Assembly: GCA_937916465.1 (NCBI GenBank)
Contig: CALFTK010000021.1
Span: 35,297 to 99,296, forward strand
From: an uncultured Bacteroidales bacterium
Lineage (GTDB): Bacteria; Bacteroidota; Bacteroidia; Bacteroidales; Bacteroidaceae
Reading direction: 5' to 3'
DNA: 64,000 nucleotides
The notes beneath the pieces are model-generated. The model did no database searches and had not been told where the DNA came from. It saw nothing but the letters and a program-made list of their open reading frames with translations. This document shows positions 40,068 through 49,707 of this stretch, piece after piece. The first letter of the stretch is position 1. Each line of letters opens with the position of its first letter. The translations under genes and the position numbers were made by a program.

Positions 40068-41021
40068 TTATAGTTTAATTCTCTTTACGTTCAGTTTGTC
40101 TATGTCCATTGTACCCATACCCAATTTTTGACCATTTTCAATATGTGAAACGGTTTCCAATGGAATCTGTCTGAACTGATTGAAGAATTTTGCAGCAGCT
40201 GTATCTACTGCAACTATATCGGTCGATGCAAAAAGTGCTTTGGTCAGTACTACGTCGTTTGCATTTCTACCCTGTGGGCCGTTGTCGGTCATTATGCGAT
40301 ATGCATCTACTATGTGCAAAGCTGCCGGTTTTGAAAGTGTTGTGATATCTGCAATACACTCCTGTAATCCTAAACTGTGGAATGCGCGTCTGTCCCATAC
40401 AATACCCATGTGGTTCTTCATTGCAATGGTAAGACGTGCACCACCATGATTCTTCAAAACAGGTATATTGAACCATACATCGCTTTCCAAAATGGCTTTG
40501 TGTACTTTTGCTTTTTTCAGAGCCTTGCCTTTTGGTAATTCAATCTCCTGATAGTATGATTCTTCATTTGCAGGGACCATTATGCCGCCGGCGGCTTTTA
40601 CTGCCTTGTCTATACCACTGTGGTCATAACATCTGGTCCATTCGTCACAAGTGTGATCAAATACTCTTACTTCTGCTGCACCTGCATTCTGGCACTGCTT
40701 AATCATCTCTACAATAAGGTCCGGATTTGTGTTTGCAGCAAGTTCAGGTGTCCTATCCCAACCAATGTTTGGTTTTAGGGTCACTTTATCGCCTTTCTTT
40801 ACAAACCTTTTTATACCGCCTAACTGTTCCAAAGCGGCGCGAAGCATTGCTGCAGGTTCACCGTTCATGATTGCAGCCATATCTGCATAGTTGTCGGCAG
40901 CTGCCTGTGCTGTGGCTGTTCCCGGCAATGTGGATGCCATAATATCCATAACTCCGTTGCTCTTCACTGTTAGCATAGCACCTGCTGCGGCAAGTGTTTT
41001 AAGAAAATCTCTTCTATCCAT
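40068..41021 (-). CDS. DUF362-domain protein with a twin-arginine signal
   Basis: 317 aa with the Tat-type leader MDRRDFLKTLAAAGAML. The DUF362-like body includes KPNIGWD and VLKNHGGARLT. Confidence 0.65.
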   Translation of the reverse strand: MDRRDFLKTLAAAGAMLTVKSNGVMDIMASTLPGTATAQAAADNYADMAAIMNGEPAAMLRAALEQLGGIKRFVKKGDKVTLKPNIGWDRTPELAANTNPDLIVEMIKQCQNAGAAEVRVFDHTCDEWTRCYDHSGIDKAVKAAGGIMVPANEESYYQEIELPKGKALKKAKVHKAILESDVWFNIPVLKNHGGARLTIAMKNHMGIVWDRRAFHSLGLQECIADITTLSKPAALHIVDAYRIMTDNGPQGRNANDVVLTKALFASTDIVAVDTAAAKFFNQFRQIPLETVSHIENGQKLGMGTMDIDKLNVKRIKL

Positions 41022-41231
41022 ATCGGTCAGTATGAAATTTAGTTATACGTTAATACACAATTTTTCTAAATTAGTTTGCTAATGTAGTGATTTGAATCGT
41101 AATAAAGATATTTATTGAAACTTTTTTTCTGTATGGTGAAATATTTCCCCATTATTTTTACTCTGTTGTTGTAGCAGTCCCATAAAATAGCTAAATTCGC
41201 GGAATATTATACATATTAATTTATAAGTAAG

Positions 41232-42758
41232 ATGTCAGGTACAAAAAAGATTTCATCAGCATTGGTTTCGGTCTATCACAAGGATGGACTTGATGAGATT
41301 ATTACAAAACTTCACAAGGAGGGTGTAGAACTTATTTCAACAGGTGGAACACAGCGTTTTATAGAATCGTTGGGTATCCCTTGTAAACCGGTAGAAGAGT
41401 TGACAGGCTATCCATCAATTCTGGGTGGTCGTGTTAAGACACTGCATCCAAAGGTATTCGGAGGAATACTTTGTCGTCGCGATGAAGATGAGGATATGGT
41501 TCAGATTGTAAATTACGATATTCCTGAAATAGATTTGGTTATTGTAGATTTGTATCCATTTGAAGCAACAGTCAAATCAGGAGCATCGGAAGCAGATATT
41601 ATTGAAAAGATTGATATAGGCGGTATATCACTAATCCGTGCCGGCGCAAAGAACTTTAAAGATGCAGTTATTGTAGCCAGCAAGGATCAGTACAAACCTC
41701 TGTTGGATATTCTTAATGACCGTGGCGCTGAAACTACATTGGAGGAGCGCCGCTGGTTTGCCAAAGAGGCGTTTGCAGTATCATCATATTATGATAGTTG
41801 CATATTCAACTACTTTGCAGGTAATGAAGAAGATGAACATTTCCGTTTTGCAGTAGATGGTCACAAGTCTTTACGTTATGGTGAAAACCCACACCAGAAG
41901 GGATTGTTTTACGGAAACTTTGAAAATATGTTCGATCAACTTCATGGTAAGGAGATATCTTACAACAACCTGTTGGATATTACAGCAGCCGTTGATCTGA
42001 TTGACGAATTCAATGAAACTACATTTGCTATTCTCAAACATAATAATGCTTGTGGTGTAGCTTCAAGAGATACACTATTGGAAGCTTGGAAAGATGCACT
42101 TGCCGGTGATCCTGTTTCAGCTTTTGGCGGTGTACTTATAACAAATGTTCCTGTTGACAAGGAGACTGCGGAAGAGATAAACAAATTGTTCTTTGAAGTG
42201 ATAATTGCACCTGATTATGCATTCGATGCATTGGAAATACTGGGTCAGAAAAAGAATAGAATTATCTTGGTACGCAAAGATGAACCAATGTTGAAGAAGC
42301 AGATTCGTTCTACTCTGAATGGTGTTTTGGTGCAGGATAAGGATTCAAAGACAGAAACTCCTGATGATTTGAAATTGATGACTTCCAGAACTCCATCGGA
42401 TGAAGAGATACAGGATATGTTGTTTGCAAACAAAATAGTAAAGAACAGCAAGAGTAATTCTATAGTATTCGCTAAAAACAGACAATTGCTTGCAAGTGGA
42501 GTAGGTCAGACATCTCGTGTAGATGCTTTGAAACAGGCTGTTGAAAAAGCAGGCAGTTTTGGCTTCACTCTTGAAGGTGCAGCTATGGCCAGCGATGCTT
42601 TCTTCCCATTCCCTGATTGTGTGGAATTGGCAGACAATGCAGGTGTGAAAAATGTTATCCATCCGGGTGGCTCAGTTCGCGACCAGGAGACTATAGATTA
42701 TTGCGAACAGCATAACATGACTTTGGTAACTACAGGTTTCAGACATTTCAAACATTAA
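41232..42758 (+). CDS. purH: Bifunctional AICAR transformylase / IMP cyclohydrolase
   Basis: 508 aa with ALVSVYHKDGL, STGGT, GGRVKTLHP and a C-terminus of ..RHFKH. Confidence 0.95.
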   Translation: MSGTKKISSALVSVYHKDGLDEIITKLHKEGVELISTGGTQRFIESLGIPCKPVEELTGYPSILGGRVKTLHPKVFGGILCRRDEDEDMVQIVNYDIPEIDLVIVDLYPFEATVKSGASEADIIEKIDIGGISLIRAGAKNFKDAVIVASKDQYKPLLDILNDRGAETTLEERRWFAKEAFAVSSYYDSCIFNYFAGNEEDEHFRFAVDGHKSLRYGENPHQKGLFYGNFENMFDQLHGKEISYNNLLDITAAVDLIDEFNETTFAILKHNNACGVASRDTLLEAWKDALAGDPVSAFGGVLITNVPVDKETAEEINKLFFEVIIAPDYAFDALEILGQKKNRIILVRKDEPMLKKQIRSTLNGVLVQDKDSKTETPDDLKLMTSRTPSDEEIQDMLFANKIVKNSKSNSIVFAKNRQLLASGVGQTSRVDALKQAVEKAGSFGFTLEGAAMASDAFFPFPDCVELADNAGVKNVIHPGGSVRDQETIDYCEQHNMTLVTTGFRHFKH

Positions 42759-42781
42759 TTAACTATTAACAACATACAACG

Positions 42782-43804
42782 GTGGGACTTTTTTCTTTGA
42801 CACAAGAATTATCGATGGACCTTGGTACTGCCAATACCATCATAATGTACAAAGACAAGATTGTTGTCAATGAGCCATCTATAGTAGCTTTGGACAATAA
42901 GACAGACAGACTTATTGCGGTAGGCGTAGAGGCTAAAGAGATGTATGAGAGAAATCCTCAGAACATCAGAGTTATCAGACCTTTAAGAAATGGTGTGATA
43001 GCAAGTTTTGAAGCTTGTGAACAGATGATTCGCGGCTTCATAGATAAAGTAGATACCGGCAGACGCCTCTTCTCCCCATCGTTGAAGATGGTTATTGGCG
43101 TTCCTTCCGGTATTACAGAAGTAGAATTGCGTGCTGTTCGTGACTCAGCAGAGCATGCCGGAGGTCGCGATGTATATATGCTGTACGAACCAATGGCTGC
43201 AGCACTTGGTCTTGGAATAGATGTATTGGCACCTGTTGGCAATATGATAGTAGATATAGGTGGTGGTACTACTGAAATTGCTGTAATATCTTTGGGCGGT
43301 CTGGTATCAAATCGTTCTGTTAAGGTGGCAGGCGATGATTTTACTGCCGATATCCAGGAATATATGGGAAGACAGCATAACATCAAGGTTGGTGAACGTA
43401 TGGCAGAACGTATCAAGATAAATGTGGGTGCAGCTCTTACGGAACTTGGCGATGAAGCTCCCGAAGATTTCATAGTGGCAGGTCCGAATAAAATTACTGC
43501 TCTGCCAATGCGAGTTCCTGTATGTTATCAGGAGATTGCGCATTGTCTTGATCATTCAATATCACGTATTGAGATGGAGATTCTGAATGCTCTTGAAAGC
43601 ACACCTCCTGAACTTTATGCTGATATTTTGCAGAATGGTATTTATCTGTCGGGTGGTGGCTCTATGCTTAGAGGTATCAGTAAACGTCTTGCCGATAAAC
43701 TTGGTATTGAATTCCGTGTAGCTGATGAACCGTTGCTTGGTGTGGCAAAGGGAACAGCGGCAGCACTGAAGAATGTAGAAAGGTTCCCATTCTTGATGAG
43801 ATAA
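42782..43804 (+). CDS. mreB: Rod shape-determining protein MreB
   Basis: 340 aa with a GTG start and actin-fold motifs DLGTANT, DIGGGTTE and LSGGGSMLRG. Confidence 0.95.
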   Translation: MGLFSLTQELSMDLGTANTIIMYKDKIVVNEPSIVALDNKTDRLIAVGVEAKEMYERNPQNIRVIRPLRNGVIASFEACEQMIRGFIDKVDTGRRLFSPSLKMVIGVPSGITEVELRAVRDSAEHAGGRDVYMLYEPMAAALGLGIDVLAPVGNMIVDIGGGTTEIAVISLGGLVSNRSVKVAGDDFTADIQEYMGRQHNIKVGERMAERIKINVGAALTELGDEAPEDFIVAGPNKITALPMRVPVCYQEIAHCLDHSISRIEMEILNALESTPPELYADILQNGIYLSGGGSMLRGISKRLADKLGIEFRVADEPLLGVAKGTAAALKNVERFPFLMR

Positions 43805-43823
43805 CGGAAAAGGAGACATTGCC

Positions 43824-44633
43824 GTGCGTTCGCTATTTGACTTTATAATAAAGCACAGCTATGTTATTCTGTTCCTTGTTTTGGAAACAGTATCGCTGGT
43901 ACTTCTGTTCGGTTGTAATGACCGCCAGAAGGAGGTTTTTTTGACTTCTGCCGGTAGCTTTTCCGGAACAATTCTGGAGAGTAGTTCTAACGTCCGCAGG
44001 TTTTTTACCCAGGGAAAAGAGAATAGTAAGCTTGCAGCCGAAAATGCTCGGTTGCAAGTTGAACTTTTTATGTTAAGAGATTCTCTTGCCAATAGTCAGT
44101 TGCCACAAACTAAAAACTCTATTCTTACAGCCAGAGTAATAGATAACTCCATACGTAAAGACGACAACTACATTACGTTGAACAAAGGTTTGAATGATGG
44201 GTTACGCGAAGGTATGGGTGTATATGACAGCAATGGCGTAGTAGGTGTTGTGATGTTGGTGGGAAAACGTTACAGCATAGTTCTGCCAATAATAAACGGA
44301 AAAAGCAGTATTAGCTGTAAAATTAAGGGAGACAATAGTTTTGGCTTTTTGGAATGGAGTGGGGGCGATGCCTCTATAGCAGAACTCCGAGACCTTCCCT
44401 ATTATGCCTCTATAAGCGTGGGCGATACTGTAGTAACAAGTGGTTATTCAGAAATTTTCCCAGAAGGTATAAACGTAGGAACGGTATTAGATGTTCAAAG
44501 AGTAACCTCCGGATATACGTTAAAGGTGAATGTGCGTTTGGCTGCCGATTTAAGTAAATTGGGGTGGGTGTATGTAAATACAGCGCAGACCGATGATGAA
44601 TTGATACAGTTGTTGAATCAGACAAAACAGTAA
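43824..44633 (+). CDS. mreC: Rod shape-determining protein MreC
   Basis: 269 aa with an N-terminal TM helix, a coiled coil and a beta-rich C-terminus. Its position after mreB supports the call. Confidence 0.8.
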   Translation: MRSLFDFIIKHSYVILFLVLETVSLVLLFGCNDRQKEVFLTSAGSFSGTILESSSNVRRFFTQGKENSKLAAENARLQVELFMLRDSLANSQLPQTKNSILTARVIDNSIRKDDNYITLNKGLNDGLREGMGVYDSNGVVGVVMLVGKRYSIVLPIINGKSSISCKIKGDNSFGFLEWSGGDASIAELRDLPYYASISVGDTVVTSGYSEIFPEGINVGTVLDVQRVTSGYTLKVNVRLAADLSKLGWVYVNTAQTDDELIQLLNQTKQ

Positions 44634-44634
44634 T

Positions 44635-45162
44635 ATGGGGACAATAGCCGTTTTCAAGAAGATAGGGCAGGTATTTCTGTTGGTGGCATTACAGGTGCTC
44701 ATTCTGAATAAGATAAACCTGTTTGGTTATGTTACCCCTTTGGTTTATATATGGGTTACTATTAAGATAGATAACAGCTATTCCAGAAATGCTATTCTGC
44801 TAATATCATTCTTGACCGGTCTTGCGGTGGATATATTTACAGGAACACCGGGTATGCATGCTGCAGCAATAACACTGTTGGCTTTTGTTCAGCCAAATCT
44901 TGTAAAGTTGTTTGTGTCGTATGACCGAAGAGAACTAATGATACCAAGTATAGATACAATGAGAAGAGGACCTTTTATTGGTTATGTATCATTGTGTACT
45001 TTAATACATCATCTTTTATACTTTGTTTTGAAGAGTATTCCGGTGGCTGACTGGTCTATGCTTATTTCAAAAGTGATATTCAGTGCTGCTTTGACAGTTC
45101 TGCTTATAATTGTTGTTGAGATTTCGTTTGTAAAGAGTGCCGGTAAAAAGAGCAGAAGGTGA
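44635..45162 (+). CDS. mreD: Rod shape-determining protein MreD
   Basis: 175-aa polytopic membrane protein located between mreC and mrdA. Confidence 0.65.
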   Translation: MGTIAVFKKIGQVFLLVALQVLILNKINLFGYVTPLVYIWVTIKIDNSYSRNAILLISFLTGLAVDIFTGTPGMHAAAITLLAFVQPNLVKLFVSYDRRELMIPSIDTMRRGPFIGYVSLCTLIHHLLYFVLKSIPVADWSMLISKVIFSAALTVLLIIVVEISFVKSAGKKSRR

Positions 45163-47003
45163 AGGGCTATAAATACAAGAATAGGAAGTTTACAATAATG
45201 ATTATCTTTACGGTTGTTGTTATTGTCTATATATGTCGTCTGTTTTCCATACAGGTGGCCGATACAACCTATCGCGAATCGGCCAGAAGTAATGCTTTGT
45301 ACAATAGAACCATACATCCGTTGCGTGGTATAATATATGACAGAAACAATAATATGGTTGTAGGTAATCAACCTTATTATGATGTTACTGTGACTATGCG
45401 CGATGTGGATAATCTGGATACGTTGGAACTGTGTAGGTATCTGGATATAACAAAGGAATTCTTTGATGAAAGGATGAAGGAGATAAAGAATACCAAGCGT
45501 AATCCAGGTTATTCCAGATATACGTCGCAGGTGTTTATGCCACAGCTGTCTATGGAAGAGGTTGCGGGATTCAGGGAACATCTGTATCGTTTCAGTGGTT
45601 TTGCAATTGAAAATCGTTCTCAGCGGCAGTACCATTATGATGTTGCAGCTCATCTTCTGGGCGATTTGGGTGAAGTCTCTAAAAGTGAAATGGATAAAGA
45701 TGAATTCTATGAAAGAGGCGATTATATAGGTAAACAGGGCGTAGAAAAGTTCTATGAAAAATATTTGCGTGGGGAAAAGGGCATTGAAGTGATGCTAAAA
45801 GATGCATACGGAAGAATTCAAGGCAGTTATATGGATGGCCAATACGATATAGCTCCACGCGCAGGCAGTAATCTGGTTCTGGGAATAGATATTAAACTTC
45901 AGGAATTGGGCGAAAGACTGATGCAGGGTAAAATAGGTAGTATAGTAGCCATAGAGCCTGCTACAGGTGAAATACTATGTATGGTATCGGCTCCTACCTT
46001 TTCGCCAGCCAGTCTGGTGGGCCGACATAGAAGTGATAATTATAATGAACTCTATAATCACAAATCAAAACCTTTATTGAATCGTACCATAATGGGTACA
46101 TATCCTCCCGGTTCTACCTTTAAAACAGCGCAGGCCCTTACATTTTTAGAAGAGGGTATAGTCAATTCAAACACATCCTATCCCTGTTCCAATGGTTTTG
46201 TCTATGGTCGTCTGAAAGTGGGCTGTCATGAACACTCTTCGCCTATCACTTTGGCTCCAGCCATAGCAACATCGTGTAACAGCTATTTCTGTTGGGGCTA
46301 TTTTAGAATGATAGGCGACGAAAAGTATGGTTCTGTACAACAGGCTATGACTGTATGGAAAGATTATATGGTGGATATGGGCTTTGGCTATGCACTCGGT
46401 GTAGATCTGCCCGGTGAAGTGCGTGGTATGATTCCTAATGCACAGTATTACGATAAACTTTATAACAAAAGTTGGAATGGTTTGACAATTATAAGCAATT
46501 CAATAGGTCAGGGCGAAATAACCCTAACACCATTGCAGATTGCAAATTTAGGTGCAACCATTGCAAATAGAGGTTACTATATAACTCCTCATGTGGTAAA
46601 GCAGATTGAGGGGGCAGAAATAGATTCTCTATATTCCAAAAAGCACTATGTGAATGTAAGTAGAGAAAACTATGAACTGGTAGTGGAAGGGATGCGTCAG
46701 TCTGTGCTGAATGGAACCTGTACTGCTGCAGCAACTAACCTGTATGAAGTTTGTGGAAAGACCGGAACAGCCCAGAACAGAGGTAAAGACCATTCGGTAT
46801 TTATGGGTTTTGCTCCAAGAGAGAATCCGCAGATTGCAATAGCTGTATATGTGGAGAACGGAGGTTTTGGTGCAACATACGGTGTTCCTATAGGTGCTTT
46901 AATGATGGAACAGTACATTACCGGTACGCTATCGGAAGAGAGTGAAAAAAAAGCGGAGTATTATGCTAACAGGAGTATAGATTATGGTGACCAGACGCGT
47001 TAA
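45159..47003 (+). CDS. mrdA: Penicillin-binding protein 2 (elongasome transpeptidase)
   Basis: 614 aa with SxxK (GSTFKT) and KTGTA motifs. Confidence 0.9.
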   Translation: MKGYKYKNRKFTIMIIFTVVVIVYICRLFSIQVADTTYRESARSNALYNRTIHPLRGIIYDRNNNMVVGNQPYYDVTVTMRDVDNLDTLELCRYLDITKEFFDERMKEIKNTKRNPGYSRYTSQVFMPQLSMEEVAGFREHLYRFSGFAIENRSQRQYHYDVAAHLLGDLGEVSKSEMDKDEFYERGDYIGKQGVEKFYEKYLRGEKGIEVMLKDAYGRIQGSYMDGQYDIAPRAGSNLVLGIDIKLQELGERLMQGKIGSIVAIEPATGEILCMVSAPTFSPASLVGRHRSDNYNELYNHKSKPLLNRTIMGTYPPGSTFKTAQALTFLEEGIVNSNTSYPCSNGFVYGRLKVGCHEHSSPITLAPAIATSCNSYFCWGYFRMIGDEKYGSVQQAMTVWKDYMVDMGFGYALGVDLPGEVRGMIPNAQYYDKLYNKSWNGLTIISNSIGQGEITLTPLQIANLGATIANRGYYITPHVVKQIEGAEIDSLYSKKHYVNVSRENYELVVEGMRQSVLNGTCTAAATNLYEVCGKTGTAQNRGKDHSVFMGFAPRENPQIAIAVYVENGGFGATYGVPIGALMMEQYITGTLSEESEKKAEYYANRSIDYGDQTR

Positions 47004-48438
47004 AATAGTTTCCAATCTGGATTGGCTTACAGTTGTACTGTTCATAGTTATTATGTTCTGTGGATGGTTAAGTATCTGTGGCGCAAGTTTTGACGCCGAT
47101 ATGACTCAATTGCTGTCATTCTCTACCCGCCCGGGAAAACAACTTGTTTGGATGTTCTGTTCGCTGATACTTGCTTCGTGTATATTGTCTATAACAAAGG
47201 ATTTTATTGATAAATACTCCTATCTTATTTATGTAGTTGCGTTATTGGTGCTTCTAATTACGATTGTGATAGCAGAAGATACCAAAGGTTCGCGGTCCTG
47301 GTTACATCTTGGCCCTGTAAGTATTCAGCCGGCAGAGTTCTCCAAATTTGCTACTGCATTGGCACTTGCAAAATTTATTGATTCCAATAAACTGGATTTA
47401 AGTAATTGGAATGCTTTGTTAAAGAGCGCTCTTATCTTTATTATTCCTCTGCTATTGATAATATGTCAGAAAGAGACAGGAACAGCTATAGTATTCATAG
47501 CCTTTTTCTTAGTCCTTTTTCGCGAAGGCATGAACGGCACAATATTGCTGATAGGGTTTTGTATGGTTCTGTTCTTTATATTAGGTATTAAATATGCTGA
47601 AACCGTATTCGCCAATCAACTGTTCAGTGTTGGAGTATGGTTGGTTTTATCACTTATTCAGATTATAACAACTATTCTGGTATGGATGTTTGCAAAAGAG
47701 AGAAGAATAACGGTTATCACCTTTTATATAAATATAGGAGGTATGCTTTTGGGAATGTCGGTATCAATGTTGGTATATCCATTTGACGTAACAATTTTGC
47801 AGATTGTTCTTATATCCCTAAACATACTTTTATTGTTATACCGATGGCTTAAAGATATGGCAAGACAGTATCTCTATATAGCCCTGTTCGCTATATGTTC
47901 TGTTGGTTATCTCTATTCGGTCGATTATGTATTTGAAAAGGTTCTTGAACCACACCAGCAGGTAAGAATTAATGTAATATTGGGACTTGAAGATGATCCT
48001 TATGGTGCAGGTTATAATGTAAATCAGTCAAAGATTGCTATTGGATCGGGTGGTTTTTCCGGAAAGGGATTTATGAAAGGGACTCAGACCAAACTGAAAT
48101 ATGTACCAGAACAGGATACCGATTTCATATTCTGTACGGTGGGCGAAGAACAGGGCTTCTTGGGCTCTACGTTTGTGTTATTGCTCTATCTCTCTTTACT
48201 GCTTAGGTTGGTATATCTTGCAGAATTGCAGACTTCTGCCTTTGGCAGGGTTTATGGGTATTCAGTGGCATCTATACTGTTTTTCCACCTATTTATAAAT
48301 ATAGGTATGGTGCTTGGAATTACTCCTGTCATAGGTATTCCATTGCCATTCTTCAGCTATGGTGGCTCTTCACTATGGGGCTTTACTATTCTGTTGTTCC
48401 TCTTCCTGCGTATGGATTGCGAACGGACAGCCCGTTAA
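46984..48438 (+). CDS. rodA: SEDS-family peptidoglycan polymerase RodA
   Basis: 484-aa polytopic protein of the FtsW/RodA/SpoVE family (PEQDTDFIF, GIPLPFFSYGGSS). It overlaps mrdA by 20 nt. Confidence 0.9.
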   Translation: MVTRRVKIVSNLDWLTVVLFIVIMFCGWLSICGASFDADMTQLLSFSTRPGKQLVWMFCSLILASCILSITKDFIDKYSYLIYVVALLVLLITIVIAEDTKGSRSWLHLGPVSIQPAEFSKFATALALAKFIDSNKLDLSNWNALLKSALIFIIPLLLIICQKETGTAIVFIAFFLVLFREGMNGTILLIGFCMVLFFILGIKYAETVFANQLFSVGVWLVLSLIQIITTILVWMFAKERRITVITFYINIGGMLLGMSVSMLVYPFDVTILQIVLISLNILLLLYRWLKDMARQYLYIALFAICSVGYLYSVDYVFEKVLEPHQQVRINVILGLEDDPYGAGYNVNQSKIAIGSGGFSGKGFMKGTQTKLKYVPEQDTDFIFCTVGEEQGFLGSTFVLLLYLSLLLRLVYLAELQTSAFGRVYGYSVASILFFHLFINIGMVLGITPVIGIPLPFFSYGGSSLWGFTILLFLFLRMDCERTAR

Positions 48439-48454
48439 GACTGTCCGCCACTAT

Positions 48455-49705
48455 TTATTGCTCTCCGTTATTGTTGTTATTATTGTTACGTTTCTGGAAC
48501 TTATCTTTTCTGTTCCAATGACCATCTCTACCACGTCTGTGTTGGTCTTCACGATTCTGTGGCTGTTGTGGCTGTTGGTTGTTTTCAGTTCTGTCTTGTT
48601 GGTCAAAGTTCTTTCTGGTTGGTCTCTTTTTCTTCTTTTTCTTTGTGCTGTCAAAGCGTGTCAAACCATCTTCGTCAAGAATATCGGATGTGCTTTTAGC
48701 ATTGTTATCATTGTCATAACCATTCAGACTCTTTGGTTTGATGCCTCGTTTGTTTAGCGCAATTATCTCTAATGCTCTGCCGGAAGATATGGTCTCCAAA
48801 TTGGCCGCAAATACTTTGTCGGTAGAATAAGATAACTGGTCATTCAATATGTCAGCTTTAAAGAAATAGTAGGTGTTATCTATGGTAATTAGTTCCATTT
48901 CGCGCGATGGGAAATGTTTTTGTGCCTCAACATAAGTATCTACTTCGTAGTTCAAACAGCATTTTAACTTAGCGCACTGTCCTGCTAACTTCTGAGGATT
49001 CATTGATAAATCCTGAAAGCGTGCTGCACCTGTAGAAACAGATACAAAGTTGGTCATCCAGGTGGAACAGCACAATTCACGTCCGCAAGGACCAATGCCG
49101 CCTATTCGGCCGGCCTCTTGTCTGGCGCCAATCTGTTTCATCTCTATCCTGACGTGGAAGTTCTCTGCAAGAACCTTAATAAGCTGGCGGAAATCTACAC
49201 GTCCATCTGCTATGTAATAGAATATAGCCTTATTGCCATCGCCTTGATACTCTACATCGCCTATCTTCATCTCCAATCCAAGGTCTTTGGCAATCTGACG
49301 AGAACGTATCATAGTGCTGTGCTCGCGCGATTTAGCCTCTTCAAACTTCTCCATATCTACTTCGCGGGCTTTTCTATATACACGCTTTATCTCTATGTCC
49401 GGCCTAAGGTTTGCCTTTTTCATTTGCAATTTTACCAGTCTGCCGGTCATGGTAACCGTACCTATATCGTGTCCGGGGTTCGATTCCACTGCTACAATAT
49501 CGCCCTTTTCAAGCTCCAGATTATTTGCATTCAGATAGAACCCTTTTCTGGTGTTTTTAAATTGCACCTCAACATATTCACAGTCATTATTTGCTCCGGG
49601 TACCCCCTCCAGATAGTTGAAAGAGTGGAGCTGACCTATATTTTTGCCGCATCCTTTATATGAGATGCCCTGACATCCCGGTTTAAGTATGAAATCCTGA
49701 TCCAT
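48455..49705 (-). CDS. PSP1-domain protein (RicT/YaaT-like) with a low-complexity basic tail
   Basis: 416 aa with a PSP1-like core (CGRELCCSTWM, KLKCCLNYE). The last ~70 aa are K/N/Q/R-rich. Confidence 0.75.
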   Translation of the reverse strand: MDQDFILKPGCQGISYKGCGKNIGQLHSFNYLEGVPGANNDCEYVEVQFKNTRKGFYLNANNLELEKGDIVAVESNPGHDIGTVTMTGRLVKLQMKKANLRPDIEIKRVYRKAREVDMEKFEEAKSREHSTMIRSRQIAKDLGLEMKIGDVEYQGDGNKAIFYYIADGRVDFRQLIKVLAENFHVRIEMKQIGARQEAGRIGGIGPCGRELCCSTWMTNFVSVSTGAARFQDLSMNPQKLAGQCAKLKCCLNYEVDTYVEAQKHFPSREMELITIDNTYYFFKADILNDQLSYSTDKVFAANLETISSGRALEIIALNKRGIKPKSLNGYDNDNNAKSTSDILDEDGLTRFDSTKKKKKKRPTRKNFDQQDRTENNQQPQQPQNREDQHRRGRDGHWNRKDKFQKRNNNNNNNGEQ

Positions 49706-49707
49706 AT

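Noticed and set aside
48359-48757. A 132-aa plus-strand ORF downstream of rodA, and the 67-aa minus-strand ORF at 48451-48654.
   Set aside because: Both overlap the low-complexity tail of the PSP1-like gene. Their hydrophobic or repetitive translations are artefacts of the K/N/Q-coding repeats.
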